Source: Oopsacas minuta (taxonomy: Eukaryota > Animalia > Porifera). From it: a stretch of 64,000 bases of DNA. The translations under genes and the position numbers were made by a program. Within the stretch, counting starts at the first letter, position 1. Each line of letters begins with the position of its first letter. The notes below the pieces were generated by a model. The model was not told where the DNA came from. It made no database searches and was given only the letters and a program-made list of their open reading frames with translations. Location of the stretch: positions 124,001-188,000 of the forward strand of contig JAKMXF010000339.1 in NCBI GenBank assembly GCA_024704765.1. Direction: 5' to 3'. Positions 10,502 through 22,552 of the stretch are shown here, one piece after another.

Positions 10502-13420
10502 CACAGTGTGGCAAAAAGGCAAAAATGAGGGATTAGCCAAATTGTAACCTCAAATCGATAAGATTTGTATTATATTTATATATGAATCGACCCCGTACAT
10601 TTCACTGGACAAGTCAAATTTTTAATTATCTCACTCAAAATATGTGAGGATGACGTCATCACTAAAATCACTAATTCATAATTTTAATAGATTATCAGGG
10701 ATTCATCAAGGGTATCCTGTTCAGATGTTTCAAGCATGCTATCTTCTTTTGATTTAGCCTTTCTAATACTTTTGTGACGATTTAAAACCAATACAGGGTC
10801 ACTGAAGCACAAAAGTCTGACTAAAATATCACGAAAGTTGTCAGAAAAGGATGTTTTTCTTGTTAAATTTTCTCTATACCTTCTGACATACTTATTGCAA
10901 GCCTCTAAGCATTCTTCAGAAAGGTTTTGTAGTCCATAACCATGATTATAGCAATAAATTATTTGAAAACAATGAGCAAGCAGTTTATGAAGAGAGGGAG
11001 AGATGCTTACCCAAGGAAAGTGATTCAAAACAATTCATACGTTTCCTTGCAAAGATTTTCAAGACCATGACAATTAATGTGGTCTTTGCTGTTAACTATC
11101 CTCAAAATCACCGAGAGGTTGTTTTGAATCATTTCAAGGGTTGGTTTATCAACTGGGTTAATAGTGGAGGTAGCGCATCTGAAGAAATCTTTTATCTCGG
11201 AAACAGTCTCGTGCAACATTACCAGTTGTTGAAGTCCCCCTTGACTAGAAGGAATATCGATTTTGATACTACATTTGGCATCTATAATTGATCTTATTCG
11301 TTTCAAAGAATCCTGTACTTTTGTGCATGTAGGTGACCACTTTTTACAACCTGCGTCTAAGTGATATATGTTTAACATGTACCACCTAAAGACACAGAGA
11401 TACGCATGCAATGGAGAAGCTGCTAAGATGTTTATTTCGGAAGTAGGGTGGTGGGTAATGCCACAGCGTTTTTGGAAGGTAGGGCAAATATTTCGTCCTC
11501 ATTAATATCGTCAAATAGTTGATTAGCATCAGTAATGTATCTATTAATTGGAAAACCTGATCTGGCCCACTCTAAACCATTGATTTCCTTTCCTGTGGCC
11601 GTGCAAAGATGACATGATGCACCACCCGCTTCATCTAATAGACCTGCCATTTTGGTATCAAATATAGATCGAATAATTTCTACATTTATGTGACGATTTT
11701 CAACTGCAATTCCTTGTTCTACAATTAATTTAGTTGCGGATTTACGAGTGTATCCATAATAAATTTAACGTTTTCGTGATTTTCCTTCAACGCAATTAAG
11801 CAGACTGCTCTGAATGAAAAAGGTGAATTGGGGGAAGTATTGACGTATAATGAGAAACCTGTGTTATCTGTTATACTGAGAATTTTAAATCCGAATAGAA
11901 TAATACTGTGTGTATCTAAACCTAGATTTGAGTTCACTTGGTTGTAAGAATTGTGTGAGCCTCATCCAACTAGACCGTCTGCATTTCGAACTGATAAAGG
12001 ATATTGTGAATTGTTTACAATGGAATCGAAGCTTAAAAGATGTCGTTGAATTGTTAGTTCGAGTATTTGAAATAAGGAACTGATACACCAATAGAGTTAC
12101 CTTCAGGGTTAGTGACAAATAAAACGCTTCGTGAAAGAGAAATTTCTTGACGGTATTGCGATATTACTTTATAGGATGGGAATACGATATCTTGTTTCAG
12201 TAATTTCTTCAACTGTGTGTATTTGAATGCTCCAATTTCGAGAAGATCTATTATATAACTTGACATAGGTGTCGAAACTTTCTTTACATTTCCGTACGTG
12301 CCTGTTGCGATTATTTCTTTGCATATACTGGAAGTTTCTCGATCATATTCCTGGTTAGAAATTAATTCCAGAGCTAAATCAGCAACTTTCTTCTCGCCAA
12401 CCTGCTCCCTTGGGGCAACGAACTGAATATGCTTTAGCAAAACGTTCAAACGGTTTCGAGCAGCTTTCATTGTGAGTTTGAATAATGGTTTTCTGATCTC
12501 TGTTAGATTCTCTTCAATAAATGAGTGCTGCTCAGGGATAGAATCGACTGTGTCAATCGACATTTGTGATCCAGAGTTACAAGTAGTGACTGAATAAAAC
12601 TCCATACCCTCCCAAACATTTAAGTTGTAAATCTTCTGGTAATGATCTCTGGATTTTCGAAGATTTCTTAATTTCCAACGAATAGTTTCAAACAGATCAT
12701 CTGACAAGGAATGAACTTCAATTATCTGACGAGCTGCACCAGAACAATTCCAACCATGTGATTTATAAATATCGTATGCTTCTTTTTGTGAAATAAATGT
12801 TTTATCCATTGAACTAGTGGAAGGAAGTATTGTCTAGTAAGTATCAATAATGGGATAAATAACACAAGTTTGAAATTCAGCCGATCTCAGGGAAATTTGG
12901 ATTGAAATTCGAAATGGGTGGGGAATGGGGCGCTAAAAATTGTATAAAATTAAGGGTAGTACAGTACTTTAACATTGTTAAAGATATAGAGGCCCCATAT
13001 TGTACCCATTTAAAAATCTACCTCTGAGTATGTCGAAATACATCCCGAAATTTGGTAATTTTCGGGGTTTCGAAATAGAGTTCTCTCAAAAATTTCTATT
13101 AAGTTTGGGAGGTATTAATATTCAAAGTTATGATAGGGAATACTTATAAATGAATCGCGAATTGAATTACTTGCAAGTAGGCATTTGATTGCATCTACTG
13201 TTAGAATTTATGATAACGTAATTATAGTTCGGAAAATGTTTTGAAACCTTATAAAATTACGTCATTAGACAATGAGAATTTAAATTCACAAATAGAAGCT
13301 GAACCACAGTAAACACAATATAGTTGTATTCTCGACAGACTCTTGAACAAGATTAGAACTATTATAGATAGTTATGAGACCACTAAAAATTTGGCTAATT
13401 CTAGATGATGCCACACTGTG
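10502..13420 (-). mobile_element. full-length Transib / RAG1-like DNA transposon (2919 bp), coding region decayed
   Basis: both ends start CACAGTGTGGCA; perfect 5-bp TSD CCTCG (10497-10501, 13421-13425); RAG1-core motifs in the broken ORF. Confidence 0.9.
10684..12809 (-). pseudogene. RAG1-core-like (Transib) transposase, several frameshifts and stops
   Basis: RKPLFKLTMKAARNRL (NBD-like), ADGLVG*GSH (first Asp region, mutated), FDTKMAG (second Asp), CHLC, PLHAYL, LHKLLAH, SEECLEACNKYVRRYRE, RDILVRLLCFSDP. Confidence 0.85.
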
Positions 13421-13536
13421 CCTCGGTAATTTCTTTGCCCCCCTAGGTACAAAATCCTGGCGACGTTCCTGGACTTGGAAGGCTCACTAACCTTTAGGAC
13501 ATTGCTTATTGACGGCCAAGTCACAAGAGCTATAAA

Positions 13537-13744
13537 CAGGGCCGGCGTTAGCCAATCGGAGGTCCCTGGACAGAGTTGAACATGGATGCCCCTTTCCCTA
13601 AGATAAATAAGATGAGATGTCAAAAGTGATTTAATCTAACATAAAATCATGGTACTACTCTTATTTCCTAGAAGAGGACCTTCCTACATTTAGCTCCCTT
13701 GTGGTTTTTGAGGCCCCCTAGAGGTCAGGGGCCCCCGGGCCCTG
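13537..13744. mobile_element. 208-bp hAT-type MITE
   Basis: TIRs CAGGGCCGG / CAGGGCCCG and perfect 8-bp TSD GCTATAAA (13529-13536, 13745-13752). Confidence 0.85.
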
Positions 13745-13859
13745 GCTATAAAAGAAGGTTTTAGACGGTCTCATCGCATGCATACCAGAATTCAAACCGG
13801 TGGCTACCATGTCGGATTGGGAGCTAGCTTCTAGAACTGCGTTTAAAGAAGATGTCAAA

Positions 13860-14248
13860 AGAAGTATTGGCTCAATCGAACTCTCTATATTTGATGTATG
13901 TATCTCTACGAATAATGGTGTTGAGAGTTACAATTTCAAACACAAGGCAAGAATTCGAACTTCTCATTCTAGAATATGGTCATTCCTGTCAGAATTAAAT
14001 GATATAATTGCAGATGCAGACAACATTGGCCAAATACGACTAAGAAGACAGATTAGTCGGCAAGAGAGTCTATTTATGCCCATATTGATAAACAGTGAAT
14101 GTTATATAAAAAAGAATTTCGCAATTGTGACTACACCCCATGGCAAAAATTTTGTGATAGCTGTAGCCAGCAAATAATGGACTTGAGACAAACTTGCCCC
14201 ATATGTCGTAACGGCATAAATGAGAGGTTACAGATATTTATTAATTAG
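13860..14248 (+). pseudogene. MULE transposase C-terminal remnant followed by a C3HC4 RING remnant
   Basis: TNNGVESYN...HSRIWSFLSEL, then ECYI...PHG..FCDSC...TCPICR...QIFIN* across a frameshift. Confidence 0.5.
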
Positions 14249-15378
14249 TATTTTATTCTTCAATCATTTTTCATTTTCTTCCTTCATTCATTAAAAAGTA
14301 ACCAGCGAACATTGCACTTGACTAATAAATCGATCCATTACTCAATCATACAACTCTACCAAATCAATTCAGACAAATGCAGAACTTACAAAAATTAGTG
14401 AAAAATTCGGATGAATGCATGCGCACCATTTCCATATTTTGTCCCAACTATTCTAGACATAGAAATAACATTATCAATTCATTTGTGATGAATACCTAAA
14501 CGAAACAAAATATATAAGCACATAAATAAGACAAAAGTATAAGATTTAAGTTGAGAAATGAACTATTATCTTTCATCATCATCGCGGTGTGTCAACTTTA
14601 AACTATTCAAATTCTTAACAGCATTCGATAAAATACAATTGTCAGTTATTCGGAGAATAGAGTTGAGATATTCCAGCCAATGTATCACAGATGCTGCATG
14701 TGCTTCTCCAAACTCGACGTCATCAAATTCAACAATTAGTGATACAAGTGTGACAAGGATTCTGCGAGATTTTCCGCTTAAAACATGATTGAACAAGTTT
14801 AGATCTTTTCACTGTGTACAAATAAACTCCATGGAGTGCTGCACACTGCTCCATGTACTACTACTGATGGCCATATAAGTCCTTCTCGATATGGTAGTTG
14901 GGATAAATCGTAAACAGGGTCTGATTCTTCGAATTCAGTTTTTCTCCTCTGTCAGGAGAACCAAACAATTGGAACACATAGGCTTATCGTTGCTTAGAGG
15001 AAGTTTACCAAATACTTTGCTTTATATAGAGTACTGTATATCCTGAGATAATTACGAGAGCGTGTAAGAGAGCTGGATCTGGAGCAGTGCTAAAACCAAT
15101 CTCGAGTAAGTTACTATATGGTTCTAGATCGATCACAGAAGAGTCTTCTTCGTATGATGTATTAGAAAAAGATTCAAATAACTCTCTTATTCTGCTCTAT
15201 TAGAACTAAATTCATAAATAACTCGATTAAATAAAATTTGTATCAAATATATACATAACACACAAAAAATATGTATACTCTAAGAAAAGCAAAATAATCT
15301 GACAAGTACATTCGTTTCAAAATATTTGAATACACGGATTGATGTTACAAGCTACCACAATTATTCTACTGTTTCTGT

Positions 15379-16100
15379 CTATTGCAATACCTTTTGGCTC
15401 TTAAATTGGCCACGATCTTCTGCATATTCTCCAATCTTGTGTATCAGTTTTTCTGAGATGGAAAACATCAGAACGCAATGACAAAAATCTGAATGGTCTG
15501 TTATCAAAATATTGGAATCTAAGCCGATACACAAATGACTTGAAAGTCCAACTTGATTATCTTCTCCATAGGTGATGATGTCTAGAAACAGCTGATGAGA
15601 ATAATTATAAAATCTAATACACTTCCCTCCCTCCATCAACACTACTACTTCCTGTGAAGTTAGTCTGACATCCTTTGGGTGACAAACATCACTAATTAAT
15701 GATTTGAAGCTATAGTCCTGTAGATTCAAACATTGTACGCGATTGTTGGACCAGTCACAAATGCAGATAAGATCTTTCTCAATTGAAACGACAACTCCTC
15801 TAGGATCATCAAATTCTAGCTCTTTCTTTCCTTTACTTCCGACAGTGTGAGATAATGCACTGTCAGTATAATATACATTTAGGCTATTAACATCTGTCTA
15901 TGTAACATATACCTTGTTAAGCTGTATGCATATATAAGCTGGGCCTTTCATCTTGCCACTGATATCACGAATGAACTTTAAAGATTCGTTGTAAACCTGA
16001 ACTCGATTGTTTCCAAAGTAACAAATGTAAATACTATTCGTTTCCGGGTCAATAGCTAAGGAACGAGACATCTGAATTCTTGAGAATCTGGAGAGTTTAG
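15379..16100 (-). pseudogene. NHL-repeat protein, 5'-truncated and frameshifted
   Basis: SLAIDPETNSIYICYFGNNRVQV, GKKELEFDDPRGV, CDWSNNRVQ, HPKDVRL over several frames. Confidence 0.75.
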
Positions 16101-16101
16101 T

Positions 16102-17150
16102 TTTCATAACGATTATTCTTCTAGTCCAGGGTATTCAAGGTGATGGCGAATCTGTTATTCAGAACGTTACTTCTGTCAGTTAGCAATCGAAACGCGTGGA
16201 TTTTGGCACGAATTAATCGGCGAAACTAATAATCCTAAATTAGTGAAGTTTACTGTGTATTGTGGTTTGGTGAAAGTTCTGCTTCTACTGCAGAGGGTAA
16301 TATAGAAAAGGCAGTAACAAATCTCAAAGAATTAAGTCAAGATTATTGCTATTACAAAAATCCTGAAGAGATTCGGCAAAATTTCCCGTTCATCAGTGAG
16401 GCAGTTACTGATAGCGAAAACTTTAGTGTACTCCTGGTGCCTGGGGATGGTGGTGGTTCAATCAATGTTCTTGAACTTATAAAGTCTCTGCTACAAATGT
16501 TAAAGGCAAGTAGCAACTGTGACTTATTGGAGAATACGAAGGTAACAAAAGTTGATTACTCAATAAGTTCTCATATTACAGTAACTGCAGGCGATTTAAG
16601 TGTATATTCGGGAAGGAAAGTTATCATGACACCGAGTGTCTTCATCAATGAGCTCTTAGAAACAGTGCACCCTCCATTTGAACAAAGAATGGGAATTGTA
16701 ATTTATCTGTGGTGTTCAAACTACTTTTCTCTCCATAATGACTCCCCTGTTGATGAAGATGCTCTTCGATTTACCCAAGATTTTGTCAGACAATCCATGC
16801 CAGATCTCCAACCAGAGTTAAATACTGAAACCATTGCAACATGTGTTGCTGGATTTGCCTTAAATGCGAACTCCTTTGGGGACCCTGGCTTTGTTCTTGA
16901 CTTCCTAACTGGAACAGACAAACGTATTGTGCTGTACACATCTGGTTGGGTTATGAAATTTGTACCTCTGTTTGATAAAATACTGGCTGATAAGGCATTT
17001 AACGGAGAAAGAAAGTATGAACCACTTCTTGAGAAGATGGAAATTGGTCGTGGTGTAATGTATCCTGGAGATGAAGCTGTAAGTGTACATGCAAGCCGAG
17101 CAAAGATACCCCAGACAGTCCATGTCAAGTTCTTTCAATCTATATTGTGA
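16102..17150 (+). pseudogene. sarcosine oxidase / pipecolate oxidase-like FAD oxidoreductase, truncated
   Basis: HNDYSSSPGYSR*WRICYSERYFCQLAIETRGFWHEL upstream of ORF 16260; GDGGGSIN, VIMTPS, FVLD, GWVMKFVPLF; no GxGxxG, one stop, one frameshift. Confidence 0.65.
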
Positions 17151-17674
17151 CTATTCTAAGTATCTCTGAGTAATAAGTAATGAACAAATATGTCTATAGC
17201 TATTCTACTATTTGATTGTATGTGAGTGTAATCATTATAATTATTGTTTGGAATTATGCCGGGTGTGTAAATTGATGGATTCTACGAGTAAAACTAGAAA
17301 AAGGTACAAATGCTCTTAGGATGTAAACCTATAAAATGGAGACAAATAAACTCATCATCATGTTAACTGCAAAAATGTGATCGACAAATAACATCACAGG
17401 AATTTAATCATTATTGGTATGACGGCCGGCATTGACAATTTCAGATATCTTATGGTATCTTACGTGCTACTAGAGTTGCAGTGGTCGGACCGGATCACGG
17501 TTTTTCTGAACCCAAATTTATGATGTTCAGTCCCATCCGGCCCTTGCTACATTACTAGCGCTACCAAATCAACAAATTTGTTCGGAACTACATGTTATGG
17601 GCAGTTAAAGTTTTGGATTCGACTAGAAGAGGATATTTCTAGTGAGTGAGAAAGTGAAGATGCTCCAATTTCAG

Positions 17675-17815
17675 AGAATGCATGTGTCGTTTGTCTTCAG
17701 CATCAACAAGCATAATAACCTGTATTTTCTTGCCATGGATGCATACCAGCTTCTGCGGAAATTGCAGTGAAAGACTAAGATAGCTGGGGCGATCTTGTCC
17801 TATTTGTCGACACAC
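17675..17815 (+). pseudogene. C3HC4 RING-finger remnant
   Basis: CVVCLQ...MHTSFCGNCSERLR*LGRSCPICR with stops; ends at the Chapaev-like insertion. Confidence 0.5.
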
Positions 17816-17821
17816 AAATAA

Positions 17822-20800
17822 CACAGCCCTGCGGGAAAAAAAATTTTATTTGCTGATTGTTATTGCAAAACATTTTCTAATCCACATTTTAATACTGATT
17901 TTGAATAATTTTGTAAAATATACGTATCACGTCTAGTTTTTTTGCAAAATTATTTTTAAATATTGGTATATTTATCGATGAATGCATGATACCTCTACAA
18001 GTAAAATAGTGAAAATCTGCCATTTATAAATTTTTACTAAGAATTACAATAAATTTTTTATTGATAATATAATCTTAGTTAATAAACAAATTTGAATATA
18101 TTAGTCTGAATCAGGAGTAAATTTCCGTTTTTTTGACATTCTAGCATGAATAACATCAATACAATCTCTCTTGAGGCACCAGCAGTAATCAGCCATCATA
18201 TGAACGTCCCACCTCCCCTGATATCGTGTTTCCATTGTTTTTATGTCTTGGTGGAATCGTTCACCTTGCTCCTCGGAAACAGCTCCAAGATCCTATGGAA
18301 AATAGTCAATATGACTGTGAAGAAAGTGAACTTTTACACTCATATTCCAGCCGAGATTCTTGTAAGATTCAATCAACTCATTCACAAGTATTTCATAATT
18401 AGGAGATTTCGTATTTCCCAAGAAATTTTCATGACATTTACAAATGCATTCCATGCACATTTTGCTTTGCATATCATAGAATTTGAAAAATTACACAACT
18501 CAACAAGATTTCTCATCAGAGATTACATACATTTATCTTAACATACTTTTGAATGCTGAACTCGAATCTGCAATCAGAATATCTCTAGCACGTCTAGTTA
18601 TTCTGAAATCCAATATCCATTTTTTCAATAGTATAGTATTACCTAGTTACTAAATTGCTATATGAGCATGCCAATTTTGATCAATTATCTGGAATATAAA
18701 TGACTTTACTTATTTGAATTCAAGCAAATCAATTATAAACATGCATCGTAATTGTAGAACTCATCCGACAATTTCTGTTACGTTTGTGGTCTTTTTTGCG
18801 TAAATCACAAAGACGACCAATCACAAATCAATTAAAGAACATATACAAATTGTACTTCGAATGTCCACTTGGTGACCAAGACAAGTCGTGGGTACCACAA
18901 GTTATATGCACTTCTTGTTCAAGTGGACTACGTGATTGGTTGAACAAAAGGAAAGTTTCAATGCCATTTGCAATACCCATGGTCTGGAGGGAACAGAAAA
19001 ATCACCTTGATGATTGTTACTTTTGCCTTATCGACATTACAGGATTCTCAGCCAAGAATAAGCACGCTCTTGTTTACCCAGACTTGGATTCTGCTCGCAG
19101 GCCAATTCCACACGACATCTCATTACCAATCCCAATTCCCAAGCCACAGCAAATTAAAATCGGGTCTGATATGGTGGAAGATGTTCATGCAGATTCTACA
19201 GATGCTAATTATGTCCCGGAAGATGAATTACTAGAGCCACAAACATTTACACAGGGAGAATTGAATGACCTGGTCAGGGATCTTGACTTATCTAAAGACA
19301 AAGCTGAACTCCTTGCATCCAGGCTCAAACAGAAAAACCCACTCGACAAAGATGTCCTAGTATCCCACTATCGCAAGCGAAATTTCGATCTCGCTCAATA
19401 CTACACCACTGATGGCCCACTGTGCTATTGTAATGATATCGAAGGACTCTATGCAAACCTATTACAAGAACATTCTTCCTCTAATTGGCGCCTTTTCATC
19501 GACTCGTCAAAACGCAGTTTGAAAGCTGTTCTGTTGCATAATGGAAATCTAAAGCCTGGCGTTCCAATTGCTCACTCCGTCTATCTCAAAGAAACCTTCG
19601 TCAATTTGGAGGAAGTTTTGGAGGCAATACAATATAGAATACATATATGGAATATCTGCGGTGATCTTAAGATAATCGGGCTATTGATGGGCTTGCAACA
19701 AGGTTTTACAAAGTATTGTTGTTTCCTATGTCTATGGGACAGCCGAGCAACTGGTGAACATTATAAAAAATGTGATTGGCCGAAGAGAACCTATGAAGTG
19801 GGAAAACCAATTGACAGCATTCGCCATTGGTAGATCCAAACAAAGTTTTCTTACCCCCACTTCATATTAAACTTGGATTAATGAAAACATTCGTTAAAAC
19901 AATGGGCAAAACAAATTCAGCAGGATTTCTGCATTTGGTAGGCAAATTTCTGAAACTAAGCGAGGCAAAGTTAAAAGAGGGAGTATTGTAGGACCACAAA
20001 TCAGACAAGTATTCAGAGATCCAGATTTCGAGAAGACATTATCCGAATTAGAAATGAGTGGTTGGAATTCTTTCAAATGGGTTTGTGAAAACTTTTTGGA
20101 CAACAAGAAGTCGTCCAACGACAGAGAAGGAGTGGAAACCTTGCTTAACGCATACGAGAAGATGGGCTGTCGCATGTCGCTAAAACTTCACCTCTTGCAC
20201 TCTCACGTTGATTTTTTCCCTGAGAACCTTGGTGCTGTAAGTGATGAACAGGGTGAGAGATTCCACCAAGACATACAGGAGATGGAAACCCGATACCAAG
20301 GTTTCTGGAATGAGGGCATGATGTCCGATTACTGTTGGAGGCTCTTCAGAGATAATCCCAACAAGATATATAAAAGGAAGTCGTACTCTCAACACTTTTA
20401 ATTTAGTTAGCTACCTTTATACTTCTAGATGGATATGTATTTCCCCTTAGTTTGTGAGTACTTGATACATGCATGAATGTGAATAATTATATGTAAGAGC
20501 TAAGATAATAACTGATATTATCTTGGCATTAATCTAAAACATCGAAACGTTGATTTATTTCAGATGGCTATCATGTAAGAAGACAAAGAGACAGCCACTA
20601 CCATAAAATAACAGGAAAAATTTAGGAAATACATAAAAATCGTTGACTTGTAGATGGAAAGAATCTGAAAGCAGATTTGAATTCAGCGTAAAAACTAGCC
20701 TAGAAAATGTCAATCTAATACTTTATGAGAAAATGAAGTTAAATTTTGTTGACCTGTGTTATCATCTCGAACAAGTTGTCTTATCTGAGGACCGTCGAAT

Positions 20801-22406
20801 ATACCGGCTTTTCTTTTTTCATCACTTAGGTAGTAAACTTCTCGGTAATATATTTGAAACAATTTCCTTCTTTATCTAATGCCCTAACAAACTGTTTCAT
20901 CAATCCTAATTTTATATGAAGTGATGGAAGCAAAATCTTGAGAGAATCCACTAGAGGCTCGTGAATAATGTCCTTATCTCCAACATTAAGATTGGTTCTA
21001 GCTGGCCAGCTCTGTCTAGAATAGTGTTCGCTCTTTGCACGACTGTCCCATAAGCATAAAAAACAAGGGTATTTTGTATATCCTGATTGCTGTCCCAAAA
21101 GAATGCATATGATTATTGAGTCACCACAGATTACCCAATTGTGCTGGTTATAATTAATTTTATGAAGCACAATTTTCATGTTATCATATCGTTCCTTTAA
21201 ACTTACTGAATGTCCAATTGGTATGGAACTAAATTTGTTGCCATTATGAAGTAGAACACATTTCAAACTTTGTTTTGATCTATCAATAAAGAGTCTCCAA
21301 TCATTAGGTACATACGGACATCCAAGAGCATTAACTAGCGGTGAAACATCATGACAAAACACAAATCCGTCTTCCATTATGAAATATTTCAAAAATTCGA
21401 TCTCTCTGTTCCTATATGAGTAAAATTTTGTTTCTGGGAGAAGCAAGTTTTTTTCTTTTAGCCTAGAACCTAACAACTCTGCAGATTCTTTAGGTAAATC
21501 TAAATCACGTACCAAATCATTTAATTCAGACTGATTAAATAACTGTGGAGAATTAGAAAGAGATAATACACACGGAATAAAATCCTCATCTTCTCTAATT
21601 AATGAATCTCTAGTTCACAATCATCAATTTCCGAGATAACATCCAAATTAGTAAATTTTGAAACAGGTACATCAATAGAATGGGGAACGGGTCGTATTGC
21701 TGAATGTAAATTTGGATACTTGATCAATGACTTGGTTTTAGCATTGAATCCGGAAATATTCGCCATACAAAAGTAACAATCGCTAATGTGATTTTGTGGC
21801 TCTCTCCATATCATTGGAATTCCAAAACTTAAACTCATCCTGATTCATTTTGTCCATTGTCTCAAATTTTCTACACAAGATCGGCACACTGTATGTGGAG
21901 CCCATGTTTTGTCTTGATCACCTAATCTCATTCCAAAATATCCTAAATATGCTTTTTTAACAAATCCTGTTATTGCCGTAGTTTGTTTAGAAGTCATAAA
22001 ACTACCGCAAATATAACAAAAGACGTCTGGATCATTACTGCACCTTCTCCGATAAGCCATATGATAATAAAATATCAAAATAGTAGACTATAGTACAATA
22101 AAGCTGTATATAACAAAAATAAAAATAAAACAAATTATGTAGAAAAGAATGGAGTTAAAGGGACTAATTAGAAAATGCAATAAAGCACGCATCTGTTTAT
22201 TTCAAAAGACAAAATTCACACAAGTATCAAATATAATCATTTATTCTAGGGAAGTGGACTTAAAAAAATCGACTTACATTAAAATGACATTAGAGTAAAA
22301 ACGAGACGTGATAGGGGAATTCTGATGACAGATTGAGAATCAGCATACTCAAGTTAACTAAAAACAACCCATGGATAATAATCAGCAAATTTGACGCAGG
22401 GCAGTG
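17822..22406 (-). mobile_element. Chapaev3-like (CMC) DNA transposon, outer element, decayed
   Basis: TIRs CAC(A/T)GCCCTGCG, TSD TAA both sides; CSNDPDVFCYICG, DQDKTWAPHTVCRSC, NHISDCYFC, LFID, CGD, EEQGERFHQDI (last part at 18140-18490). Confidence 0.85.
18494..20758 (+). mobile_element. Chapaev3-like DNA transposon, inner element nested in the previous one
   Basis: TIRs CACAACTCAACAAGATTT / CACAGGTCAACAAAATTT, TSD TTA; frameshifted transposase 18741-20401 (DQDKSWVP, NHLDDCYFC, LFIDSSK, CGDLK, DEQGERFHQDI). Confidence 0.85.
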
Positions 22407-22552
22407 TAATTACTAATTAATCTATGAGTAATTAACCTTTAGTAACAAAGTGTATTGATAAGTGATTATTCAAGAAATAAATAACAACTTAAAATATGAG
22501 TAAAGACTATCTTCTTGTTTAGTAACTGAACGTGACATTATAAAGGTGAAAA

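Larger units (their letters stand above)
10330..13471 (-). repeat. GC-rich short repeat (hAT-MITE-like) split by the Transib insertion
   Basis: 10330-10501 joined to 13421-13471 aligns to an uninterrupted copy at 53323-53515. Confidence 0.65.

Noticed and set aside
14558-15170. Short ORFs and broken frames on the minus strand
   Set aside because: No family recognised; frames interrupted by stops
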